DNA of 64,000 bases from Styela clava (Eukaryota): positions 8,804,001-8,868,000 of the forward strand of contig NC_135260.1 of the NCBI RefSeq assembly GCF_964204865.1, written 5' to 3'. Position numbers and translations under genes: made by a program. Within the stretch, counting starts at the first letter, position 1. The number at the start of each line of letters is the position of its first letter. Under the pieces are notes generated by a model that saw only the letters and a program-made list of their open reading frames with translations, did no database searches and had not been told where the DNA came from. Shown here in pieces: positions 28,321 through 42,410 of this stretch.

Positions 28321-29475
28321 TAAGGATGCTAAGTATGAGTACTTACAAGTATTCGATTCTTATCCGATTCCTAAATTTTCGATTCCGATTCTCGATTACC
28401 TGACATAGCTTACCGAGAAAACATACCCACCTAAACAATACTAACAAATCAAACAAGTGAGCGATGTTCAAATATATAAACACGAAAGCATAAACTAAAT
28501 AGTATGGGTTTGAAAACCACTGAAAATTTCCTAGCAATTGGTGCAGTAGATAATGATGAAAGATATTTTTTAATACCAAAAACAAAAAAATGAATTTTAA
28601 CGAAAAATATAATAGCAAAACGATTCGAATGTCCACTTTGTGTCAAATAATTTATGTCATAGTAAAAAGTTCAATTCGTTCACATGTCTTCCTGTAAGCT
28701 CGATCGGAATTTGGATACGGAAAGCTCCTCTGATCTAAATGCTCTTTCTGATGCAGCGGATGTTGCTGGGATACAGAGGTAGTTTTGTATACAAACTGCA
28801 ATGATCGGATACGTTTTTGTTTTGTTGCCATCATTGCAACTTTTTTGTGGGTCGCAGATATGACAAGAGTTCTGTCATTCAAATATTTTGAAATCTCAGC
28901 TGAAGCCTCCACCTCTCTGGTCAATTCATCAATGTCACCGCTAATCACTTCAGAGCTACCCATACTATCACTGATCAGATTTTTAATACATGCTTAATTA
29001 TTTCTATGAAAGATTTCTTTTGCTATTTTGGTCTGTTGGACTGCAGACTGTTCCATCTCTGAGATGTAAAATTTTCTACTTCAAACTGCAACAAGTTTTT
29101 TTACTATTCTTGATGCTTCTTGCTCCAAGTAAATGGGAGTAATGAACGCAATTAATGAGAGAAAATATACGGAAATGGTCTAAATGTGGCATGTGCCCTC
29201 AACCCGCGCAAACGAGCGAAAAGGACATTGTAGAAATATAGTTAAGATTTCGGCGCAAACGAGCGAGAAGGACATTGTAGAAATATAGTTAAGATTTCGG
29301 CGCTGTAGCAATTCCACATATCAGTTTAGACATATATGTGAAGAACTTGTTACAGAACATTATACATTGTTTGCAATTCAAATTTTAACCCTAGGAATCG
29401 ATTCCAATGCACCGAAATCGATTCCACAAAGAATCGATTCTGGAATCGAATCCAAAGTCGATTCCTCCATCCCTA
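28321..29475 (-). mobile_element. Internally deleted hAT (Ac/ZBED-like) element
   Basis: 8-bp TSD CTGATAAC on both sides; TA(A/G)GGATG ends; GAATCGATTC subterminal repeats; frameshifted YLCIPATSAASERAF motif. Confidence 0.85.
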
Positions 29476-29744
29476 CTGATAACCCGACAAGAAGCCATAG
29501 CATGGCTTAATTAAACATATATTTTTACAATCTTCACTACTACAGCGTGCTATGCTGATGATTTACATTACAAGCATTGTTTTAATTATTAATATGAAGT
29601 ATGGTGCCTTTTGCAGTTCAGCATGAACCACTCTTCAATTTTGCTTTTGATTTTCTTCGAATAAAATTAATAGAAATGTTGTTCTGAATAAATCGTGAAT
29701 TATTAGTTTCTATCGGCGATAAAGCTATTTGTAACCTTCAAAAA

Positions 29745-30052
29745 CTGACATGGGCAAACTACGGCCCGCGGGCTAAATCCGGCCCGTTGGGTAATTCAAT
29801 CTGGCCCGCCTGATGCTGTCACAACCAAACCAAATTTTGATGTTTTACCTAAAATATACCTCTATTACCCTATACCTTTTTTGAAATTGCGATTAAATTT
29901 AGTTTCGGCAAGTGGCTAATTGTTTTCCAGTTTGCTTTTGTATCACTGTAAATATTGTTCCTAAAATTAAGTTTTACGTCACACTTACATGGCTCGACAG
30001 TCTAGATGAGCAAAATTTCTGACCCCCAGTCCAAAAACCACACCTACCCCTG
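29745..30052. mobile_element. hAT MITE
   Basis: TSD TTCAAAAA on both sides; GGCCCGCGGGC subterminal motif. Confidence 0.8.
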
Positions 30053-31232
30053 TTCAAAAATGTGTTGTTTTTGACTGACCATCTGCACTGAAATATACGT
30101 CACTTTCTGGATATTCAGATACAATTGTATTCAAGTTGGGAATTAAAGTGTCTCACAATTCAAAATTAGGGGAATTTAAAATGGAAGAATCACTGCAAAA
30201 GTGAAGTCTTTCCTAATTTTAATCGAGGTTGTGGGGGACCAGAGCTGGCTATCGAGCTAGGTTGTAATCGAAAAAAAAACGTAATTTTTATCTACCGAAC
30301 TACTGTTATTGTTTGTGAGTAGGGTTTTGCCGAATTATATAACTAAAATATCTAACTAGAGATAGAAATTGTATTGTAGAGCCATCCGACCACAGACGGG
30401 ACGATATGAAAGTGTCACTGTCCTGAAAAATAGTTTGGGGAAATTTGGAGGTGATTTATAGTCACACACGTGGTTACAATGTGAAGTGGCAAGAGTGTGC
30501 AGTGATAAGGAAAACCACTCTCAGGTACAGTAAATCAAGTTGACACTGTACTGTTTGTACACACACACATATATATATATTATATATAAATAATGAAAAA
30601 ATACAACGGTAGTCTATCACTTCATCAGCAAATCAGCTTCTACAATTGCAGGTTATCTAAAAAATATATATGCACAACAAGAATGTAGTACCGGAATGAA
30701 TAGACAATAAATTCACATGAAACTGATTGTTGCCTAAGCAGGTGCACAGCATATGAATGGTCATTATTCAAGAAAATATCTGACATGTCAAGAGTGTAAG
30801 TAGGCTAAAAATTAACGAGTACAAATAGAGCAGAAAATAAGTGTGACGAAATAGTGCGAGTTTGAAAAAATATGAGTATCGGAATATCATGAATTAGTTG
30901 TAATTAGAGATGAACAGCACAAAATTCAACCTCCTTGAATCAATACCGGTGCCGGTACCCTCCATTGCTAGTATATATTAGAAATTAATAACTAGTATAC
31001 TAACACAAAAGTTAATAATGTGCGGGTAGGCTGATCTTGTGTTGTATGAGTGTAAAATAACCATCAAATGCGATATGTAGACAATTATTGTGATATTTGT
31101 CAATCAGCTTGCAGGCCGATAATTTATAAATATCTGCAAGCTTCAGAATGGCGGTTTTGTTATATACTATGTTTAGATTCAAACGAGCAGAGGATTTTAA
31201 CAGCCCTTTCCGTAGAAATTCTGTGGAATCAA

Positions 31233-34200
31233 TCAATTCCAGAAGTTATGTTGCTTCAAATTAAACTCTTCATTCAACCTCTTCCGAAGCACAAAAGATT
31301 CATGAACGACTAAATTTGGAGTTGATTGTAGTTCTTTGATTGACGTTACACCTATTAATAAAAATATTTAGTTCCTACCTACAATGTGACATAATATCTA
31401 TTTCTCTAGCACGAGCCAATACTATCGTTCTAATATGCTGCTTTCGCCAGCCTTCCGAATATTGGAAATTATCAATCATTGTAATATATTTGCTACAAAA
31501 CGTCTGGTTTTATATATACTTCTGTGTTTTGATATAGTAGAAAGTTGGGATATACATAGCCCTTAACCATTTTTAGGCCTAATCGTGATTTTATTGTTCT
31601 AAAAATGCCTCCAATTGCCCCACATTTGTCTCACTTGTATGTGATGTGGGAAATGGTACACTACATACGGAGCAGGCAAGTGGTATATGACATTTTTGAG
31701 ACACCTTGTTATTTCACAAGACTTTTTTACGGCAATAGCATACGGCATATCCCACCTATTCTACTTACCTAGTTGTTGCATAGTTAAAGTAAATTCATCT
31801 CTCAAAATTTCTAACACTCGTTGAGCTCCTGTCTTTCCCTGCATGTAATATATAAAATAAAAGATCTTAACATGTAATTCAGAGAAGTGATTTTTTTTAA
31901 CTTTGATGATGTTTCCGGTGAATTGTTTATTGGTATTTAAAAACCTTTCATATAAAAAAAATTTCCAAATTGATAGTGCCGGAATTTGTTTGGATATTCG
32001 ATATACGTAGATACGGTTAATGCAAGGCTATGGACATTATGTATAAACCTATGGAAGAGTCAGCAGCACCACTATGGGGTCAAACGGTTCATATAATTAT
32101 GTTTCCTCAAGTGAGATATACTAAATATCGGACCTGAGAAAAGTTATGCACTACTCAAATGTGAATTTTTGAAATTTCCAATTAGGGTAATTTTAAGTTA
32201 TATACCATCCAGGACCTAATTTGTAAACCAATAAATAGATGATATCATACATCACACGCTAGTCCCCAAAGTATTGGCCTTCCTACAAAAACAGCTTTAG
32301 CACCCAGAGCAATTGCTTTTGCGATGTCTGTTCCTTTGCGAATCCCACCATCCAAGTAAACATCACATCTACCATTCACTGCTTTCACTACTTCTGGTAG
32401 CGAATCAATCTAAAACAGAGTTTAAAAGGTGGTGATTCATCCTATGACTGGAATGTATATATCAACCATACCGGCGAACGACACATTCGAGGAAAAACTC
32501 ATTTTACACAAACTTTATCAAGTAATGCATACTAACTGTTGAAAAAGTACCGTCAATCTGTCTTCCCCCGTGATTTGAAACAATAATCCCATAAACGTTG
32601 TGTTTGATTGCTTCAAGGGCCATTTCCTCTGAAAATGGACTGGAATTGTTAATATGTTCAAATAAAGCCACTACATAACCAGTTGTATGATGAAAGTATG
32701 TACACAGTATTTTTATAAAAAAAGTTCATTGGCTGCTGTGAAAGATGGTGGCTAACCTGTTAATATTCCTTTCACGACCACCGGTAACTTTGTAATGCTC
32801 TTCAGCCAATCCAAGGCATCCCATTGCGCACGGTCGTCGAACGATTTATCCACTATAAAAGGATCCTTTTTTCCGATTGCTTTCCATGATTCAGTCATGT
32901 TTATAGGTCTAAGAACAATTAAACTTAATTATTGAAATCCAATTCTTCGAATGTGAATATGGCTACTTTCGGCTCTGTGTTATTAATATTGGTCATCATA
33001 TTGAATCAATCAATGGCTATTCACAACTACATTTTTTAGATCGGGATTATTGTAGTTTTCGTGCAAAAAACACCTTTTTTCTCAGTTAACCAATTTATCT
33101 TAAACGTCGATAGACGGATAAAATTTTATTTTTAAGATATTTCTGGGTGCCACAAACCGATACTTCACCCCCAATTCTTGCTGGTTTTTATTATTCACGG
33201 GCTCACCTTCGCATGGCATTCGGTAACGTTATTTTTAACATTCCTTATGACATTCGGTAGAATTATTTTAGCATTTGGCTACAGTTTTACTGACATTTTT
33301 GTGGCCCTTTTATTATTCAGCTTATCCCCCAGCTTTTATAAGTGAGGAGTGCTCGCTTTTTGTCCGAATCCGAGATCAGATCGACTTATAACAGCAAAGA
33401 TTACACCAACATAATTTACTGTAGATGTGATGTGACAGCATGTCTTCCGTCCGGTGTTCTATATATTCTTTTTCCAAGTACTGATTGATCAATTGTCACT
33501 ACGAATCCTGTGAATCCACATTTCTCAGCTCGATTGACCAAGTGTTCGACCATTTCACGGTGCTTAAAAAATGAAATGAAGTTTTGAAGAAGTTGAATTA
33601 TTATATATATTATGTTCTACAAATCATGTATGTGCTGTTTAATTTTATAGTTATTACTTATCGATCTTGATCGGTAAGTATGTTGATAGGTATTTGTCTG
33701 TATGTCTGTGTGTTAGATGCACACGATATCTCACGAAAGCGAGGTTCAATCTGCTCCAAATTTTGCATGTGCATTCATCTTAGCTCGGACCTATTGATTT
33801 TGGATGGATTATGTCATATAATTAGCGAGTTATTAATTGATTAGTGATGGGACACACGGTGTCACTATGGAGTAAGACCACTGTATTGGGGGATCCCCTA
33901 GCCTTCGATCGATAAGTCTTCGGTGTCCAGCCGAATTCTAGTTTTGATATGGGTTGTCAAAAACTGGTATCAGCTGGTTACTCCTGACTGGTACTCTTCT
34001 TCTTTCACTACTTATTTCGTCACCATTGGTCTGCTTCCAGTCTTTGTGATTGCATTATACTCAGTAGAGAACCCTATACTCGTATATTCAAACAATTAGC
34101 TTAAGAGGATGAAATATAATTACAAACTTTGAAAAATTGAAGATGGCACCATCGTAAACATCCCGGAACTTTTGTAGAAATATCTTCATACGTTTTAGTG

Positions 34201-35186
34201 CTCACTGAGCTCTGTATATATCCAGTGCAAACAGCCTCGGCAGCTGAAACGGAAAAAGCAGTTGAAACATTCGTCTAGAATACACTGGATTATATTATTG
34301 TGAGTGGTTATCGCTTATCGGGAAAGTTTATATTATTCAGAGGATAAATTTGGCTACTTTGTGAATTTTTAATAACAATCATATTTAGACATAAATACAT
34401 ATCAAAATTTTTATTTCAGAGAGAAATCGGGTATGCAGTTTACGTATCGTTAGGATAACATAGTGTGACATTTCTCATATAAAATACTGTTGCATTCTGT
34501 TGAATTTATTCTTCTGCTGCTGGCGTTACCTTGTGCTGTAGATATTTCTGCGTTGGGTGTTGCTAAATAATGAAAGGCAGTTGGTGCGATGCAAATAGGG
34601 AAAGGAATCTTTGATCCTAATACCATTGTTGAAGTATCAACTTCTGAAACGTCTTTCAAAAGACGAGGTCGAAATTTCCACCTGAACACACGCATTTTAT
34701 TATTGGGTATCTTATCTTCAAAATGTCGTATGGCTCTTTTATTTTCTGAAATGTTGACAGAACGCCAGCCGTGCTGATAATGACGTTGTTGTGTATGTTA
34801 AAATATGTTTTATTTATCATAGCATACCAATTATTTTATTAAGACTTGAGTGTCCAAAACTAATTTGACATTCTTGTCTTGAACCCAAATTATCAAGGTT
34901 TTCGTGATTTTTAAAGACTTTTTGTTTTTCATTCATAAATTATTATCTCTACCGTGCTAAAGTGATACAGAAATTTTCTTTCATTACGATATTATTTGGG
35001 TGCTTAGGACCGCTAAATGTACAGTAAAAAATTGTAACACTCTACTAACTTTTTATATGCTTCACAATTTTCTTTGACTGTCTCATGTCCTACTGCACCT
35101 CCGTTATAAAATGCCAAATTGTCGGGGGGAATTTTTTGGGAAGCTAAATTTTCAAAGTCTTCTATGCATTTCAATTGCTCATACAT
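31233..35186 (-). CDS. HAO-like copy 2; exons 35186-35050, 34681-34530, 34243-34128, 33562-33420, 32908-32757, 32628-32537, 32409-32251, 31838-31769, 31351-31233
   Basis: Exons 1-8 have the same sizes as copy 1 (137/152/116/143/152/92/159/70) with intact splice sites; TTG replaces the TAG stop, extending the C-terminus. Confidence 0.9.
33654..33944 (+). mobile_element. Helentron-associated element, copy B (HAO copy 2 intron 3)
   Basis: Close match to 19481-19776 at a non-orthologous site. Confidence 0.7.
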
Positions 35187-37431
35187 ACTGCGACAAATAA
35201 CAAAATCAGTCCCAAATTAATTAAATAAAGCACACTGCAAGAACAGATTTTCAACTTTATTCTAGTTTGCTATAATGTATTTCCCACATCGTAAATTATC
35301 GCCCTCCAGTTAAAGTACACAGTAAAGTATTTTGCCAGATTAGCCTAGATTCGCTCGCTATTTAGAAAGTTTTTAGAAAATGCCCTCGTTTAGCAAATTG
35401 TACTAACTGCAACATTTTATATCGTGATATAGCCCATATTATGTATGTCAACGATTTTGGCCTACTTGTCGCGTGCATATAACAACGTGATTTGTAAATA
35501 TCATACTGCATACTTTAATTTCAGTGGCTTTTATGGATAATCTTTGTTATTTTAGTAAGAATTCACTGTTATTCTTCAAATTAATAATGTTAAACAGAGT
35601 CAAACCGGTTAATTCAGAATTTCTCGGAATTATAAATCGTCATAACTTGTTTTTTACTGGACATAATCGAATTAAATATAGCCCCAAGCCATATGACAAT
35701 GACTAATTGGTCTTAATATAATTTATCCAAGTTACACAATTGATTACATTTTCGTACATGCTAATTTACCATATAAGCCACTCATTATTCGATTAATTAT
35801 TCAATTGATCGTAACGTAATGCGGTGGTACGTCGGTAAGGTGTATGACGGGCCTGGGGGATTGGTGGCGTTTAAGCTGATACCGTAAGCTTCTGGAATTC
35901 TGGTTACATACCAGTGACAATACTATTGTTTACTTTAGATACTGAAGCATAAAATAATTTTTGAAAGCAACGCAGTTTCGAAATCATTCACCAATCTTCC
36001 TGACTGACAATATCAAACAACTGGACATCATTTAACTGGGTATGAGAGCTTCCCACTCGATAAACACAATACCTGAAACTACAAAGCACTTCTTAGTCGC
36101 TTTTGTTTATTTTAAATGGAAGCAAAGATAACCAAGCTCCAATTTGTCTAATTGTACTCATAAGTTCTATATTTCGCCTTGGTGAAACCAAGTTGCAAAT
36201 GCGGTATAGGATATATATTAGACTGGTTAGGTTATGAATTTAAAATCGATAAATAGAAGCTCACAATACTTTTTACAGTGCTGATCTTTGCTACATTTAA
36301 ACCATTGGCCGCCCAAGCCATATTTAGGTCAGGGCTACTCAACTATTTTCACCAAAGGTCCGCACACAAAATTAAAAATAAATTACTGGGGTCCGGTCAT
36401 GCCAAGAATATATTTTATACTATGCAAACGAAATTTCAAATGCATCGCTTGACAAAACACGAGAGCAATGCTCTATATCACGCTTCGGTGCCGATATGTA
36501 AATGCATTGTCTGACAAAACGCGAGAGCAATGCTCTAATGTAGGCTACTGCAAACTGTATCAGCTTGTAAACGGATAATCAATAATGCGATATTAGCAAC
36601 TTTCCGGATATTAGCAACTTATTCATCATCCGGACGAACGGCCTTTATACAAGATTTAGTATGATATTATATAGACCAGTAGACAGCAGTTTACAAATAT
36701 TTTCTGTATATAAATGATCATTATTCAATGAAATATCTGACTTGTCAAGAGTGTATGTAGGCTGAAAATTAACAAGTACGAACAGAGAAAAAAATGTAAA
36801 TAAATGTGACGAAATGTAAAAGTTTTAAAATATTAGTAACGGAGATCATCAATCAGTTATAATTGGAGATGAACAGCACAAAACACAACCTCTGTGAATC
36901 AATACCGGTACTCTCCGTTGCTAGTATTAGAAATTACTAACTAGTACTAACTCAAAAGTTGATAATGTTTCACATTCATGATCTTTGAAAAGCTTCAAGA
37001 GGGTGGTTGTGGCCGGGGTAGTCACAGAATATATTTTCATAATTTTTTTTTTATAAACTCTGCTTTGAAGGCAGCTGATGAGGCCTGCTCTTTAACGCAC
37101 TTGTCATATCGTTTCACATTTTTACTCTCTTGTATCCAAAACAAATTTGGATTGTAACAAACGTGGTAAAAAAAAAGAATGGCTGTAGGCTTATTTTGTG
37201 TTGTTCGATAAAATAACCATCAAATGCAATATGTAGACAATTATTGTCATATTTGTCCATCAGCTCACAGACCGATAATTTATAAATATCTGCAAGCTCC
37301 AGTACGATGGTTTGATATATACTATGTTAAGGTTCAAACGAGCGGAAAACCGATAAAGCATTTTAACAGCACTATTCCAGAGAAATGAAAAAATCTATGC
37401 CAGAAGTTATGTTGCTTCATATCTCTCCATT

Positions 37432-40400
37432 CTACTTGTTCCGAAGTACAAAAGACTCGTGGACGACTAAATTAGGAGTCGATTGTAGTTCTTTGATTGA
37501 CGTTACACCTATTTAATAAAAACGATTAGTTGCTAGCTATAACGTGACATTATAATATTTAATAAAGTCTTCCACATCCCAATACTATCGTTTAAATAAG
37601 CCACTTTTGTCCGCCCTCCAGTGCAACTATTGGAAATTATCGGTCACTGTAGTATATTTGCTTCAAAACGTCTGATTTTATATATATATATATATATACC
37701 TATGTGTGTCCGTCTAGTACAGGGGTGGGCAATTACTTTCATGAGTGGGCCGGATGCGGAAAATAGACTTGATTACTGGGCTGGATGATCAAAAGCCGCA
37801 TATTAGCAACTAACTAGACACGATGATTAATGGGACGGTATTACATAGGATGGCAAATTGCGGCAGCTGCACAGAAAAGGTTGATAGAAAAAGAAGCTTA
37901 AGAGCCATGCTAACGTTTATATTGAAGACAACACAACGTAACAATTGAGGTGATTATGAATGAAGTTATTCGACAAATTCAGAGGCTGTACAGCATTCAG
38001 AGAGTAAATGATACACCATTCGCATCGTTTACGAAATAGTTTACTGTAACCTGGGATTTCAAAGTAGCGAGGGGTAGGTTTGTCAAGTCATTGTGCCTCA
38101 CAGAACGCAAGTCTATGAGTCAATCGCCTTCCCGTTTCACTGATCGCGTTTCAGAGATTTGATTTGACCCCTTTTCCACCAAATATGATGTTATAAATAA
38201 AAAAAACAATCAACAGTTCTACTTCGTCAAAAATGAAAGATGACTGACTTGCGCAAACTATATTTTTTATACATTTACGGGGGAAACAGGCGTCGCGATT
38301 ACGCAATTCGTTAACGACCTTTTAAGGCGTAATGATTTTTCTGTTGCGCAAAATATCCATGTCCATGGCCGATACGAGCATTAAAATGATCTCGCCATAT
38401 TATTTTCAACGTGGATCGCCGTTGCGCCGAGTTACAATAAATGAAAGTATTACTATTCTTAAATACAACAATCTGCGTACGCAAAAATCCTCGGTATACT
38501 GCCTGATTATAATAGGAATGGATTTAAATTTGTCTTGGTTTTTAAGATATCACCGTCTGCAAAATCCCAATGTCGGCCAATAATCCTATAAAGAACATGT
38601 GTTGAGGCATTCACGTGTGCACGAAATATCAGGAGCTAGAGTTTTGGAATGACAAAAATAATTCGGATATTCTGATGATTTTGCACATTATATTCAGGTG
38701 CTTATAAAACGTGAGGAATTACGGTGTTTACTTTAGCCGACGATCTTTTATCGACATTTTCAATGGGATTCCAATTCATATCATCGTATTCATCATGTCA
38801 TCATATTTTTAGCAGAAATTTATAGTTATAAAAACTATGGTCATATTTTAACAGGCACAAGTGGGCCGGATGAAACACTGCGGTGGGCCGTAATTTGCCC
38901 ACCCCTGGTCTAGTAGGAAGTTGAGCCTTACATAGCCTGTAACCATTTTAAGTCCAACTTGTGAATTTTCACGGTCTGAAAAATCGTGTCACCCACTTGT
39001 CGCATGTTTGGTGTGTGACACATGGGACAAATTACACATGCGGGGCAGGCAAGTGATGTACAACATTTTCGAGACACATCTTGTTGTCATACCTCAAAAC
39101 TATTAACGCCATATCGCACCCTTTCTACATACCGAGTTGTTGCATAGTTGAAGTAAATTCATCTCTTAAAATTTCCAACACTCGCTGTGCTCCTGTCTTT
39201 CCCTGCATGTAATATATAAAATAAAAGATCTTTACTTGTATTTCGGAGAACTGAGTTTTCAACGTTGGAGATGCTTCCGATGAATTGTTTATTGGTATTT
39301 AAAAACCTTTTATATTGTTGATGAACATTTATTCTGAATTGATAGTGCGCGAATTTGTTTGAATAATTAAATTCGTTTTACGTAGATTATGATTATAGGT
39401 CATAGACATTATGTATAAATATATGAAAGAGTTGGCAGCACTACTAGCGCGTTAAGAGGTCCTAATAAATATGTTTTTTAAGTAAGACGATAAATATCAT
39501 TTGACCTGAAAACAGTCATGGAATAATCAAGTGTGAATTTGAATTTGGGCAATTTTAAGCTATACTACAGTCAAGACTTGATTTGTAAACCAATAAATAG
39601 ATGATATCATACATCACACGCTAGTCCCCAAATTATTGGCCTTCCTACAAAAACAGCTTTAGCACCCAAAGCAATTGCTTTTGCGACGTCTGTTCCTTTA
39701 CGAATTCCACCATCCAAGTAAACATCACATCTACCATTCACTGCTTTCACTACTTCTGGTAGCGAATCAATCTAAAACAGAGTTTAAAACAATATAATCC
39801 ATACACGACTAGGCTGGTGGGAATGCATACTATGACTCAAATATATATATCAACCATACCGGGAACGACACATTCGATGAAAAACTCATTTTTCACAAAC
39901 TGACAAACTTTATCAAGTAATGCATACTTACTGTTGAAAAAGTACTGTCTATCTGCCTTCCTCCGTGATTTGAAACAATTATTCCATGAACGTTGTGTTT
40001 GAGTGCTTCAAGGGCCATTTCCTCTGAAGATCGACGAAGATTCATAATATGTTCATGAAAAAGAACAAAAACCTCCGCCCAACACGTAACCAGTTTTACG
40101 ATAGAAGTATGTATACAATATTTTTAATAAAAAACGTTCATTGGTCGCTGTGAAATATGATGGCTAACCTGTTAATATTCCTTTGACGACCACCGGTAAC
40201 TTTGTAATGCTCTTTAGCCAGTCCAAGGAATCCCATCGCGCACTACCATTTAAACAGCCATCCATTATCAGAGGTTCCTGCCTTCCGATTGCTTTCCATG
40301 ATTCAGTCAAGTTTATAAGTCTGAGAGCAATTAATTTTAGTTTTTTATAAACAAACGCTCAAGTTGTATTATTGCTGTTGTTCCCCCCAAAAGAGAAGAA

Positions 40401-42410
40401 TCTGAGCGTAATCCCGATCCTTCAAGGGCAGTAATGACTACTTTTCAACATTTTTTTGAACATTTCACTTGACATTTGGTATAATTCATTTAATATTCGG
40501 CTTCAATTTTGTTGACATTGCTATGGCTCTACTATTCATTCGATCTTCGTGCCTATATATTTGATCATTGCCTTCTTGTTTTCCGAGATCGGCTCGACTT
40601 GTAACAGCGGAAATTACACTAACCCAATTTTGTGTAGATGTGATGTGTCAGCATGTTTTCCGTCAGGTGTTCTGTTTATCCTCTTTCCAAGTACTGGTTG
40701 ATCAATTGTTACTACGAATCCTGTGAATCCACATTTCTCAGCTCGTTTGACCAAGTGTTCGACCATTTCACGGTGCTTAAACAAAATAATGGCATAGAAA
40801 ATATTACTCATCTTTTTGTCTTTATATTAAATATAGTAGTTATAAAATTAAGAGATCTCAAATTAAGAAAGAAAATAAAGTTTTGAAGAATTTCAATTAT
40901 TATATACAGTATAATATAGCCTATATGTTTTGTTTTATCATGTCTACATATGAATTGTTGTCACCACTCAGCAACCGATGATCTTTTTGGTTCCTTGTCT
41001 ACCTACAATGCAATAATTTTATAGTTATTTTGACATTGATTATTTGCCAACATCTATGATTCAGAGTAACCCAGAGTTTACATAACTCAAAAAGGTAATA
41101 CGAAACTCTGACATCGAAGTATCAGCTAGGTGCTTCTGACTGGTATTCGAGTCAGCTACCTAAACTATTCTTCTCAGACCATTCTTGACACCATTGTTCT
41201 GCTTCAGGTCTTTGTGATTGCATTATACTCAATAGCCTATATTTCCAAAATTGGCCAAAGCGTATGAAATAAAATTACAAACCTTGAGAAATTGAAGATG
41301 GCACCATCGCAAACATCCCGGAACTTTCGTAGAAATCTCTTCATACGTTCTAGTGCTCACTAAGCTCTGTACATATCCAGTGCGAACAGCTTCGGCAGCT
41401 GGAACGGAAAAAGTATTTAAAAACGGAAAAGTAGTAAAATTCATCAGATTATGTTACTTTGAGCGGTTATCGGGAAAGCTTATGTTATTTAGAGGACAAG
41501 TTTTGCTACTTTGTGTTTTTTTCATTAACTACATAACATTACATAATATGTAAATATACTAGTGATATATAAAATTTTTATATATGTCAAAGTTTTTTTT
41601 TCAGAGATAAATCAGGTATGTGGTTTTAAATATCGTTAGGATAGCATAGTTTGACGTTTCTCCTATAAAATACTGCAGCATTCTGCTGGCGCTACCTGGC
41701 CTTCCTGGCGCTACCTTGTGCTGTAGAAATTTCTGCGTCGGCTGTTGCTAAACAATGGAAGGCTGTTGGTGCAATGCAAATAGGGGAAGGAATCTTTGAT
41801 CCTAATACCGTCGTTGAAGTATCCACTTCTGAGACGTCACGCAAAAGACGGGGTCGAAATTTCCACCTGAACACACGTATTTTACTATTGGTTTTCTTAT
41901 CCTCAAAATGTCGTATGACTCTTATTTTAAATAAAAAAATGTTGTGGGAACGCCTGCCGTGTTGATAATGACGTTATTGATTTGCTCGTTGGTATCATTT
42001 TTTTATCAAAGCAAATTATTTCATCAGGACTTGAGTGTTCTAAATTAATTCGACATTCTTGTCGTGAGCCTAAATTATTTAAGTTTTCATGATTTCAGAG
42101 ACCTATTTTTTGTATCAGCGTATTTTCCAATTTAACGATTCAGCATCATATTTTCCGAATATTCATAAATTATTATGTCCATCGTGCTAAAGTGAAATTT
42201 TCTTAGTTACAATATTATTTTTGTGCATATGGCCGCTAAATATACAGGAAAAAAATTGTAAAACTTTACTAACTTTTTATATGCTTCACAATTTTCTTTG
42301 ACTGTTTCATGTCCTACTGCACCTCCATTATAAAATGCCAAATTTTCGGGGGGAATTTTTTGGGAAGCTAACTTTGCAAAGTCTTCTACGCATTTTAATT
42401 GCTCATACAT
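37432..42410 (-). CDS. HAO-like copy 3; exons 42410-42274, 41866-41715, 41398-41283, 40775-40624, 40320-40169, 40023-39932, 39771-39613, 39202-39133, 37508-37432
   Basis: All 9 exons in frame; the exon 4 donor is shifted by 9 nt. Confidence 0.9.
37720..38907. mobile_element. Non-autonomous hAT-Charlie element in HAO copy 3 intron 8
   Basis: TIR CAGGGGTGGGCAA/TTGCCCACCCCTG; perfect TSD GTCTAGTA. Confidence 0.92.

Noticed and set aside
29205-29303. Two ~48-bp direct repeats
   Set aside because: Simple tandem duplication inside a hAT element; no spacers, not a CRISPR array.
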